A stretch of 63,014 nt of DNA, counting the filler, from Reclinomonas americana ATCC 50394 (taxonomy: Eukaryota): assembly GCA_048213135.1 (NCBI GenBank). It is 5 parts of 2 records of this genome, joined end to end, with 100 filler letters (N's around TTAATTAATTAA, not from the genome) between each part and the next. Parts side by side here need not be neighbours in the genome. Positions count along the whole stretch, not along the records: positions 1 to 19,655 come from PS015209.1; 4 more parts are not named here. The stretch is one strand, 5' to 3'. A program made the translations under genes and the position numbers. The notes under the pieces were generated by a model. The model was given only the letters and a program-made list of their open reading frames with translations, was not told the origin of the DNA and searched no databases. Position 1 is the first letter of the stretch. The number at the start of each line of letters is the position of its first letter. Positions 1 to 11,419 of this stretch are shown piece after piece.

Positions 1-99
1 GGGGGTGGGTGGTGGAGTGAAGCTGTCGAGGTGATAGATTTATGTGGGGTAAAGAGGGGAGAGGCTCTTGTGGTCGCTGGCTTCAATGTGAACGGAGGT

Positions 100-180
100 A
101 GTACGCAATCTGTCGCCGTCACTTTAGACTGTCAGCACGTGGTAAGTGGGAGTTGTGATGGCTCTGTGCGTGTGTGGTGC
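100..180 (+). CDS. WD40-repeat fragment (partial gene or relic)
   Basis: Translation SVAVTLDCQHVVSGSCDGSVRVW matches the WD40 consensus (VAVxxDGxxVVSGSxDGSVRVW). Only one repeat is visible, at the window edge. Confidence 0.45.
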
Positions 181-189
181 GGTGCTGGC

Positions 190-3100
190 TTCTCGTATCG
201 AGATGGCAGAGGCGATGCTCCGGCACTTGCGTCATTGGAAAGATCTGCATCAGCATCTCCACAAGCTCGGCCATATGCTTGTTTTCGTCACCGCCTGCTG
301 GATCGGGTGGCACAGTCTGGTTGGCATGGGAGACAGAATAGAAGGATGAAAGGAGGAAAGAAAGAGGGACAGAGAGGCCAATGGGCAGGCAGAGAGATGA
401 AGCATTTTGTATATGAGCGCAGGAGAGAGAGAGAGAAACGCCTGTCTCGCTTGTTACACGATGGAGATCCCACTTAAGACAGGAGGAGAGAAAGAGAGCG
501 AGACAGACAGGCAAGCATGTAGAGAAACACTTGTCTCGCTTGTCGCATGACAGAGATCTGCCCAAGAAGAAAGGAGAAAGAAAGAAAGAGAGAACGAGAG
601 ACAGGCAGGCAGACACGATTGCAGGAAAGACACGGACAGAGAATCACGTGTCTCGTTTATGACATGACAGAGATCCGCGCAAGAAGAAAAGAAAAAAAGA
701 GAAACAGACAAGCAAGCATGCAGAAGAAGAAGCAGGCCTGTGTATACAAATGCAGGAGAGAGAGAGAGAGAGAGACACCTGTCTCGTTTGTTGCAGGACA
801 GAGATCCGCCCACGAAAAGGAAGAGAGGAAGACAGAAAGAGAGACAGGCAGGCAGACACGATTGCAGGTAGACACGGACAGAGGATCACGTGTCTCTTAT
901 GACATGACGGTGATAAGAAAGAAAGAAAGGAAGATAGAGTGTGTGTGAGAGAGAGAGAGGCAGGAACACGGAAAGCACTCTTGTGCATGTGAGCACCAGA
1001 GAGAGAAAAACACCTTCTCTCTCTTTTGCAACACGGAGACAGATATCGAGAGGGAACACTTGTCTGTTGCCAGACGGAGATCCGCCGAAGTAAGAAGGAA
1101 GAAAGAGAGAGTGAGAGAGAGACAGGCAGACGGTGAGAAAGTGCACTCTGGTGCTGATGTGGGAGAGAGAAAAAACACCTGCTGTCTCGTTTGTTGCGCG
1201 ACGGAGATCCAAAGAATGACAGGAGGAGAGTACGAGAGCGACAGGCAAGCATGCAGAGAAGCAGGCTTGTGGAGAAACACTTGTCTCGTTTGTTGCAAGA
1301 CGGACAAGAAAAGGAAGAGAGGAAGAAAGAAAGAGAGACAGGCAGCCAGACGCGATTGCTGGAAAGAGACGGACAGAGAATCATGTGTCTCGTTTATGAC
1401 ATGACGGTGATAAGAAAGAAAGAAAGGAAGATAGAGTGAGAGAGAGAGAGGCAGGAACAGGGAAAGCACTCTTGTGCATGTGAGCACCAGAGAGAAAAAA
1501 CACCTGCTGTCTCGTTTGTTGCGCGACGGAGATCCAAAGAATGACAGCAGGAGAGTACGAGAGCGACAGGCAAGCATGCAGAGAAGCAAGCTTGTGGAGA
1601 AACACTTGTCTCGTTTGTTGCAAGACGGACAAAGGAAGAAAGAAAGAGAGACAGGCAGCCAGACGCGATTGCAGGAAAGAGACGGACAGAGAATCATGTG
1701 TCTCGTTTGTTACACGACGGAGATCCGCTCAAGAAAGAAAGGAGGAGTAAAAGAGAGAGANNNNNNNNNNNNNNNNNNNNGAGAGAGAGAGAGAGACAGC
1801 AAGCAGGCTGAGAGAAGGCACTCTTGTGCATACGTATACAGCACAGAAGAGAAAGAGACACACTTTGCCTCGTTTGCAACACGACGGAGATCCGCCCGAT
1901 ATCCGTACTCCGAACACGACACCACGACAAAGCCTCTCTCTCTCACTCTCACAGGCCACCGCTCCCACAATGCACAACAACACACTGCAACACCCACGCA
2001 CACAAGCTACAACAACACACGCCTTCACTTATAATACAACAAAAACAACAACAACGAAAAAACACACACACATGCATACGCAGACACACGCTCTCACAAA
2101 CAAGAGCACGCTGCTTCTTTTTCCACACCAGCAAGTCATCACACACTTCAAAGCGCAAGAAGCATGCACACCGAGGCACACTTCAAAAAACGCTACACAC
2201 ACNNNNNNNNNNNNNNNNNNNNNNNNNNNNNNNNNNNNNNNNNNNNNNNNNNNNNNNNNNNNNNNNNNNNNNNNNNNNNNNNNNNNNNNNNNNNNNNNNN
2301 NNNNNNNNNNNNNNNNNNNNNNNNNNNNNNNNNNNNNNNNNNNNNNNNNNNNNNNNNNNNNNNNNNNNNNNNNNNNNNNNNNNNNNNNNNNNNNNNNNNN
2401 NNNNNNNNNNNNNNNNNNNNNNNNNNNNNNNNNNNNNNNNNNNNNNNNNNNNNNNNNNNNNNNNNNNNNNNNNNNNNNNNNNNNNNNNNNNNNNNNNNNN
2501 NNNNNNNNNNNNNNNNNNNNNNNNNNNNACAAAGGATGCTTGCAAGATCGTCACAGTGTTCATCGCCCGCTGAAGCTCGGCCCTGTGCATGTGTGAAGAG
2601 AGAGACGCACACACAGAGAGAGAGAAAGTGGCCAGTGAGTGACTGAAAAAACCAGTGAAATGAGACACACAGACATGACAATGAAGAATATGGCAAGTGG
2701 TGATGCATGCACAAGAGAAGACAGTGTGTGTGTGTGCAAGTGTGTGTGCAGTGTGTGCGTGTGTGTGTGCACTAGTGGGGGTCGAAATGGCGGCCACTTC
2801 TCGCACTCTTTCTGTTTGTGTTTGTTTGTGTGTGTACGCAACAGAGGCGCTGGAGTGGGCGGAAGAAGGAGGGTGGTGAGGAGGGGGAGGTGGAGGGCGA
2901 GTAGGCGTGGTGTTGTATGGGTGAGTCGGCGCCACCAATGACGGTCATGGGTTGTGTGGCGGGGAGGCGACGGGAGGTGGTTTGCAGGTCGAGGACTTCG
3001 GTGGGGGAGGGATAATCATCCATGGTGGAGGGGGAGGGAGAAGGGCGAGAAAACGGGGGGGGGGGGCCACGCGTGCGAAGACAGAGTGATTGAAAACGGG

Positions 3101-3230
3101 CTTGCGTACGGTCCTGCATGCTGTTGTCGTTTATTGGAAGGTGTTGATGGCGTCTGTGGATGCTCTGTGCGTGCTGTTGTGGTGCAGCGCGCTGGGAATG
3201 GGTTTCCTTCTTTTGTTGTGGTGTTGTTCA
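190..3230 (-). CDS. Possible hypothetical multi-exon gene hosting the repeat array
   Basis: Coding-looking segments at ~2930-3230, ~1868-1935 (SEYGYRADLRRVANE) and ~230-316 (TVPPDPAGGDENKHMAELVEMLMQ, after a pyrimidine tract and CAG). No recognisable family. Confidence 0.25.
430..1900. repeat. Degenerate tandem repeat array (~100-120 nt units) in AG-rich, probably intronic sequence
   Basis: The core TGTCTCGTTTGTTGC...ACGGAGATCC recurs more than a dozen times, with GACAGGCAGGCAGACACGATTGCAGG-type spacers. A larger block at ~1170-1395 is repeated at ~1495-1705. Confidence 0.9.
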
Positions 3231-3506
3231 TGTCGACGTCGACGTTGAAATCAAACAAACAACAAATTCAAACAAGCGACAGCAAGCTGCTGTCTTGATG
3301 CAAGTCCTATCCGAACCATCAACATGAACGCAAGTCTTGAGGGCAGCGGGAGGATATCATGTGTGTGTGCGCGCGCGCTCTCGGAGCTTCGAACAATTGC
3401 AAGCCGACAACGCCCTCATCAAAGGTTTCACAGAGCCAAGACACAGCTGTTGCTAATCTATGTTGCTGAACCACACGACTACGTATTCCCGACAGCATGC
3501 ACGTCT

Positions 3507-6500
3507 TTACCAGGCGGTTCCAGATCCCGCACTCACTCTCCCTGAGAATTCCCCGGCATCCGTCGTCAGCCCCGCTCCGCATGTCAGTACAGCGTCGTCC
3601 GCACCTCCGACCGTTGCTACTGCATCGGGCACCGTTCTCCGCGCTGGTGCCTCACACAGGCGCTTGAGTTCATCGTGTACGTACGATGCCGACACACGTG
3701 TTGCTTGCGGCCTCTGTATCGTATACGTACACACAAAATAAGAATGCCGGCTTGTCCCCCCTCCCATGGCGTAGCACGCAACCCAGCACTGCCGAATGAG
3801 ATTCCGAATGTCCGGCGAAACGGTCGCTCGCACTTCGTCATCGTCAAGATTGCCAGGCAAGACACCTTCATGCATGCAGCGCATGATGACCGGCAGAGAC
3901 ACACCACAAAATGGTTCCCTGCGTGTGGCGATGAGCCAGAGCAGAGAACCGAGTCCATACACATCGGCTCTCTCGTCGTACTGTGAACGGCGCAGCAATT
4001 GTGAGCGAATCGCACACTGCAAGAGATGCCAACCGCACGCGCACCTCGGGACCCAACATGGCTTCCGGTGCAGCGTACGCCGCCGTGCCGTGGTTCGATT
4101 GCATTTTCCCGAGCGTACCGTGGATTCTGGCCTCCCCAAAATCGCACACCTTTGCAACAAGTCGGTCCTCGCTGATGAGAATATCTGTCGACAGATGAAA
4201 GGTCATGATCAGTTGGTGGTCCATATTCGCTCACCTGTTCCACTCTCAGCTTTTACGTGCGTGGTGTGGTCTGCCTCACTCACTGTTAGCCAATTTCTCA
4301 ACGACGTAACTCTGTGGCTTGAGATCGCGATGTACCACTCGACGACAGTGCACATGAATCACTGCCGACGCCACTTGTACAAGCAACTTGAGCAACTGTT
4401 GCGTCGGCACACGGCCATCCTTTACCAGGTCGTGCAGCGTCTCTGCATTTCCCTGCGCTTTCTCTTGACCGATGTATTCGAGGACGAGACCAAGTCCGCT
4501 CGGGTCGTCATTGCACACGGCCATGAGTTTCACAATGTGCGGGTGACTGTGTGCAGAAGCAATAAGTGCCAACAATCACATAGCAACACAGCGGAGTGCT
4601 CACAAAGAAACACGCAACTCGAGCTGCATCAGCAACGAGTGTTCGTTCTCGAAGCTCTTGCAAACGCGGTCCCAGTCATCTGCGTTCCTAACCAAGTACC
4701 GCTTGTACGCCACGGTCTGCAATACACCGCCAAGACAGAGAGTGGCTCGAAAGACAGCATTTTGTCCTGTACATGTGATGAGATGAGCACCATGGTATCA
4801 ACTCGTTGTACAGCCGAGAGCAGTCTCACTGGCGCACACCGATGGCAAGCTGCCTCGAGGTCGCCAAGTCAGAGAAAGGCACAACGGGGGCGCGGATTTT
4901 GAATCTGGCCACCTTCTCCTTCAGCATCTCAGCCGTCACGTTGATGCGACTCACGGCTGTGCGGAGAAATGAGAAACGCAGAACCAGACTTACCAGTACA
5001 TGTGCGTGAGTGCTGCGATCGCAACTGTCGTATGATTGAAAGAGAAGACGGATGCATTCGTGTCCGTCGGGGAATAGAGTGTGGAGCGAATCGCGGACCA
5101 AACGCATGACGCTGACATACTCGGCGTCTTCGAGGGCAGAGAGCCGAGCAAGATGAGATACGCGGTGACGCACATCTCTCAAGTTCTTCACGGCTCGGAT
5201 CTGCACGGTAGAGCACTCAGTGTAATGTACACCATAACGTAGAGAGTGCCAACAAGCAAACCTTTGCCGGGTTGGCGAGGAGATGCACAGCACATCGATC
5301 TTGATTCGCGCCGGGGTCGAAACGAACAAGGCTATCCTCCAAATCTTCATCTCGACAATCGGCGGCGCACACAAAAGTGGTGTACAGCAGCAGAGTACTG
5401 AGAAGCGAGACATCCATGCCCGTCGTCACACCAGTCCTCTTGAATGCGCGAACTGCTTCATAGTTGGAAGGATACAGGTTGGCTGAGCGCATGGAAAAAT
5501 TGCCATGCTTGTCACGAGTCATTCGACAATATCTACCAGACGTGGTGATGGATGAGATGCGATGACCAGGAGGCAGCACATAGAAGACAGCGAATCCGCT
5601 CTTTTTCCAAACCTCGGCGGTGGAACCGGGCGGCAGAGTTGCTCAATGTCGAATTCACCAGGGAAGTAACCAGCAATGAGTTGTTCCAGCAGAGAGCCAA
5701 GTGCTAACGGAATGACCTCGTGCACGACTTCGGTGAGCATCAGGATCGGACGGCGGTCACTGTGCATTTGGCCAAAGAGTGAGGCGAGTCACTAAAGCAC
5801 TAACGGCGACCATGGGTTAGAAGAAACCTGAGAAAGTCCATATGGAAGAGTGCGCGCAGCTGATCTTTCGCCTCATCAGCCTTGCGTCGCAATTCCTCGC
5901 ACTCAGCAGCGGCTGCAACAAGCTGCGCACGGAGGGCACTGCATTCCGCGGTGGGGACGTCAGCAGCGAAACCGGCTGCGGCAGATGCCAATTCGAGTCT
6001 GAGCTGATTACGATCGGCGACTAGCGCGTCGGCAGCACGCTGTGCGGCGGCCAAGTCTTCTGAAAGCTGGTGGCGATCTGCTGCGATTGCCTTCACTGTA
6101 GCTCGAGCAGCAGCAAGATCTGCAGTAAGTTGCTGGCGCTCCGCTGCCATGGTCATGACGGCGGCTTGAGCAGCAGCGAGGTTCTCAGCGAGTCGGTCGC
6201 GCTCCGCCGTGACAGTACTGATAATGCTGGTTGACTTGTCGACTGCAGCAGGCGAACATCGAAAGCAAATGAGGCACGCATGTGCAAGCGAGAGCAAAAA
6301 TTAGACTTAACACGACAGGAAGAGACAAGCGCGCACTGAATGCGATGAGCGAGAAGGGAAGCATACGGACCTTGCGCGATCGCAAGGCGGAGATCTTGAC
6401 GCAGCTGAGCAACAAGTTGGTCTCTTTCCTCCAGTTGCCGGTTGACGGCGAACCGAAAGTCGTCCTTCTCGCGCAGAGCTGCAGTAAGCTGAGAGGCGAA

Positions 6501-7602
6501 TACGTCTCGTTCAGCCTGCAGTTTCGAGTCAGATCGCTGCCATTCCGAGTTGACCAGTTGGAGTTGGGTGTTGCTATGCTGCAGCGCTCGTTGTAGTTGT
6601 TCCACGATATCTTCTTGTTCTTGTCGCTGATAGTCAGACTGCCACTGCTGTTGCTCTCGCTCGTGCTGTGCCGCAGCCAGTTCTTTCTGAGCTGCAGCCA
6701 GATCGCGCTGATATTGAGTGAGCTGTCGTATCACGGCATCGTCATCAAAAGGCTGCACAAGATGCGCGAGTGAATGCGAGGCTTCCAAATGCAGACATGC
6801 GAGGGATGATGAGAGTAACAAACTTGCTCACCTGACGTGATGCGGCTGCACGATTCCCCCGAGTAAGAAGAGCAAAAATAACGGCAATGTGAGTGGAGTC
6901 AAAAACATGGCTCGAAGCATAGAGCTCACACCTTGCGGCGATCGTGGTACCGGTGGTTGCGCCGAGACGTAGTCCAGTAGTTCGGCCACCGGCTTCTTAC
7001 CGACGCCACGGGCCCACTGAGCCGCCGTTTCTCCGCCTTTCTTGGTCTTCGGAATGAGGTCGGGGAAGCGAATCGCGAGAAGGAGAGCAATGGCCTCTTC
7101 GCCGTTGACTGCAGCGGTGTGCAACGCAGTGGACTGGGGATTGTCGTCACGGTCGTTGGTTACCGCCCGCACCGTCTCCGGTGGACATCGTCGCTCGTCG
7201 GCGAGCAACCACAGCACAACTTGCAGCCTCCCATTCTCGGCAGCAGTCATAAGCGGCGTCCAGCCGGTATCGCTGACCAGCTGTGCCAGTTGCGGCCCCA
7301 CGCCACTCTCCTCCCACAGATACGTCAGCACAGAGAGATGGCTTCGGTAGGCGGCAATGTGAAAGGCCGAAATGCCAGACGCATTCCTCTCTTCTCTCTG
7401 CAGCAGAGTGCGTGCACCCTCATGCGCCACCAACACTCGCAGTGCCTTGACGTCGCCATCCCACGCCATCTCCCATGCTTTCTTCCTCTGCGGTGCCAGT
7501 GGAGCACTCGCACTGCGCATCAACGCACACACAACATGACAGACAATATAAGCGCGCGAGAGAGTGTGAGAAGAATGCGACTCTTTTAACAACGCACCTC
7601 AT
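3507..7602 (-). CDS. Ankyrin repeat - coiled coil - HEPN(DZIP3-like) - TKL-type protein kinase, multi-exon
   Basis: First coding exon is 5 nt (ATGAG, 7602-7598). ANK repeats (GWTPLMTAAENGRLQVV, TALHTAAVNG) at ~6930-7510; 14-nt micro-exon; coiled coil ~5850-6750. HEPN-like motifs LYP...MDVSLLSTLL...IRAVKNLRDVRHRVSH at ~5030-5760. Kinase motifs VAYK, HPHIVKL, HRDLKPQN, DFG, GTAAYAAPE, DVYGLG, CW. Frame is kept across all inferred GT-AG introns; stop at 3507. Confidence 0.85.
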
Positions 7603-7854
7603 GTTGAAGAAGAACTTGCTTTTAACACACCACACTTCAGCGCGCGCTCTCCGAACCGCTTTCGTTTCCAGTGCCGTGTCGTCCTGTTTCGTTGTCGGGT
7701 TGTCATGACGGACACTGTGACAACTTCAATGATAGATATGCGGCTGCCGTCTGTCAGCAGAGAGCCGGGAAGGTCGGTAAGCTCTCAGTTTCTTCTCTCT
7801 TTCTTTGTCTCTGTGGCAGCTTCCTGTTGACGTCGTAAAACTCAACAAATTCAT

Positions 7855-10336
7855 TTAATCAACAGGCAAATTAATGTGCCCACAAGATTTTCGCACCTTG
7901 CACATAACATCGTGCACCTCCTGTGCCGTCGGCCGCTCGTGACGCATGGTCATGCACCGCATGGCGAGTTCAAACATGGGAACGGCGATGGACGGAGTCC
8001 ACTCGACGCCGCCGTCCTCGTCAACGAGCAGCATTGGGTGCAACGCGGCAGGCGAATCGTCCCACTTCACCGACCACTCCATCACAGCGCACACAGGTTT
8101 GCCGGTGACCAGTTGCGCCAGCACCACGCCTATGCTATACACATCGTGCCTGGGCAGCGGACGACGCTCGCGAAGTGCCATCGGGTCCATATAATTAAGG
8201 GATCCAGCAGCCGCGGTTGACTGGCAACGCAAACGAGTGAAAAAGGGTGAAACAAGGGGAAAAGACGAAAGGCACAAACCCGAGCATCTGCAATATTAAT
8301 CGATCGTGCAATGCCAAAGTCACCGAGGCAAGGCTCGAAACGGTGATCGAGAAGCACGTTGGACGGCTTAATGTCGCGATGCACCACATCGTTCTTCGAT
8401 GGAGGTGTATATATGCGGTTAGTCGAGGTCACCGAAGCAACGCATTCAGAAGCGCACACGCTGCACACCTTGTGTAAGAACGCCACAGCCTCGGACAGTC
8501 CGAGTGCAATTTGCACACGCTGCACAACAGAAAGCGGGGTGCGACCAGAGCTCGGAAGCAGCAACATATCGTCCAGGTTGGGAACTCTTCATGAATGTGA
8601 GAACTGACGGTCAGCGCGATCACTGACGATGGTGGAGAAAGGGCATTGTGTGGGTGGTTACGCACTCCAGGGCCTTGTAAACGAGGCAGCGCGCCCCGTC
8701 GTCGCCTTCAGCATAGCCGACAAGAGGGACGATGTGACGGTTACGCAGGCGGCCGAGGATGGCGACCTGCAAAAGAAACGAAATGCGTGTGAGTCGTAGA
8801 AAAAACAGTACAGGGAGCGAGGATGGTGACAGACTTCGGATCTGAATGAATCCATCGTCCACGGTGCAGCCGTGTCGAGCACCTTGATGGCCACATAGGC
8901 TTCGCGAAGATAGCACATGAAAACAGCTCCTTGGCCACCTTCGCCGACCTTGAGGCGTGGCGAGAAGCAATTGGTGGCGTGCACGATCTCCGGCCATTCG
9001 AAGCATTGCACTACAGTGTCCGCTGTCGAACAGTTAGATGATCGGAGTGAACAGCAGTTCGAAGGACAATACGCACAGCAACTCGCTGATGAGACTTGCC
9101 TTGCGCGGGGGCGAGCCTATGAGCAACTGAGACCTTGTTTTGCAGCTGGGCAGCGAGGGCTTCCTTGTCGCGAAGAGCCTCGGCTAGTTGAGACGTGAGC
9201 TTCTCACACTCGGCGTCTCGCTCCTTAGCGGCTTGCTGCCATCGCGAGACAAGCATCTGGAGCTGGATGTTGCTCTTTAAGAGCTCCTCATTAGATCCCT
9301 GCAGCTGGGCCACGATGTCTTCATGTTCTTCTTGCTGCAATTCCCATGCGTGGCGCTGTAGCTCCCGCGCCTGTTTCGCTGCGAGAATATCGCTCTGCAG
9401 TTGGGCAATGAGCGCGTCCTTGTCTATGACGTAGCGCGCACCGGGAACGTAGTCGAAGCCAGGCGGCACCACCTTTCCAAAGTCGACACCAAGGTTAGAC
9501 GAAAACAAAAAAACACCTGAGACGAACTTGTCAAAGCCTCACCTGACGAGGTTGCACTGCGTGTTACAGAGCACAGGGACCCAGGAACACGTAAGCAAGA
9601 GACACACGAGTTGACTTGGCCTCGACAATCCTATCGCACCTGCTGCCACCAACGGTGGAGGTACCTGCGGTGCCGGTTGCGGTTGTGGCGGTCGTTCGTG
9701 TACACGTGGCGGCTGCGCAGCGAGGCGGTCGAGCAACTCGGCCACTTGCTGCTTGCCCTCGTCACGTGCCCACTGAGCCGCCGTCTTGCCGTCCGAGTCG
9801 ACCATGGGAATGAGGTCGGGAGAGCGAGTGGCGAGGAGCTGCACAATGGCTTCGTGCCCTTTTTCGGCCGCCCAATGCAATGCAGTGGCGCGGTTGTTGG
9901 CCACCGCCCGCACCATCTCCGGTGGGCATCGCCGTGCATCGGCAAACAGCCACTCCACCACTTGCAGCCGCCCATTGTAGGCGGCAGCCATTAGCGGGGT
10001 CCAGCCATCTTTCGTGACAATCTTCGCGAGTTGCTGACAGATATCACTCTCGCCCCACAGCACCTCCAACACAGTGAGGTGGCCATCGCACGCGGCACAA
10101 TAGTACGCCGACCGCCCACCCGACGTCATCTCCTCCTTCTTCAGCAGCATGTGCGCACCCTCACGCACCACCAGCTTGCGAAGCGCCTTCGCGTCACCAT
10201 CTCCTGCCATCTCATGTGCCTTTTTCCTCTCTTGCTGAGGAGCGGCACTGCTGGCAACGAATGAAATCAATAAGATAGACAACCACTTCTCACGCCAACG
10301 TGAGTCTGACAACAACGCATCATGAACGCACATCAT
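7855..10336 (-). CDS. Ankyrin repeat - coiled coil - IRAK/RLK-Pelle-like kinase, paralogue of the adjacent gene
   Basis: Same 5-nt first exon, ANK exon and 14-nt micro-exon as the neighbour. Kinase reads FEWPEIVHATNCFSPRLKVGEGGQGAVF, VAIKVL, HIVPLVGYA, CLVY, RVQIALG, HRDIKPSNVLLD, GDFGIAR, GSLNYMDP, DVYSIGVVL, ERP. Confidence 0.87.
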
Positions 10337-11419
10337 GTTTTCTCGGTCACGAGACCACGCGCGTGAGCAGCGCGCAGTTTGCCACTCCACGCGCACACTT
10401 GTCGCAAATGAATGAATCTCTGTCAAATCCGCGAACGGGCGACACTGACAGGATACTTGATCGGACACATGACGGGGCTTGGTAGTGGCGTGCGACGTCA
10501 ATCAACGTCGTGATTGGTCATGGGAGAGAGAAAGAGAGGGGAGAGGGAGAACGAGCAAGGGGATTAGTGCACACAGCGTTGCCGGAGAGACTGATGCACT
10601 CACGCTGTCGAGGCGATCTGCAGCCGGAGACAGACACAGATGGAGGCTATACCACAGTCCACCAAGCGCCTACACCGTCGTGTAACAGCAATTCAAGACA
10701 AGTCGAACTGGAGAACGCGGCGTTGAAGATGAGACTTTTTCGAGCACACGCCGAGAAAGTTCGTGCACTCAGGAGCGCGATGGTGACGTTCAAAAGCTCA
10801 ATGAGTCGACTGATTGTGCACTTAGCCAGCGTGACCAAATCAGCATGCAGATTGATCCGGACCTCATTGCATCACTCAATCGACTGGTGGTTCCTCTTCA
10901 CACACCTCACCACCATCGAGAGTTCACCAACAGCCCGGCAATACGCTGCGTGCGGGCTGGTGTGGGTTCAATGGATAGCCGCCGCTGCAGAGCAGCGCCC
11001 CCGCGTCACGATGCGCTTACTCCTGGCATGCTGATGGCAAGGCGGTGCAAGAGCGGAGTCTGAGAATTNNNNNNNNNNNNNNNNNNNNNNNNNNNNNNNN
11101 NATTTTGGCAGGTGTTCCGTCACGCACAAACGTGTGTGCTGCTCTGCGCCCGTTCGCACGCTTTGTGCCGCCGTCGCCATGGTCACCGGTGCCAGGTGTC
11201 TGGGGTCGCTTACAGATCGGCTTTCAGCAGCGGCTGTTCATGTCAGCAACTGGTGTGTGTGTGTGTGTGTGCACGTGTGTGTGTGTACATTGACATTATC
11301 TGACAAGTTCCTCTCGCCATCAGCATCTGTCACAGATTCGAGTGAATGTGAGCGCGACCTTTTCCGTGCTGTCGCTGGACTGTGATGTCTCACCGCTGGC
11401 GTGTCATTATTGCCTTGCA

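Noticed and set aside
430-1900. CRISPR-like array
   Set aside because: Units are degenerate, the spacers are themselves repeated, there are no cas genes, and the context is eukaryotic.
4957-4993. Textbook G|GTAAGT donor at 4993
   Set aside because: It gives a phase mismatch and an immediate stop. The upstream A|GTTGCG donor at 5025 keeps the frame.
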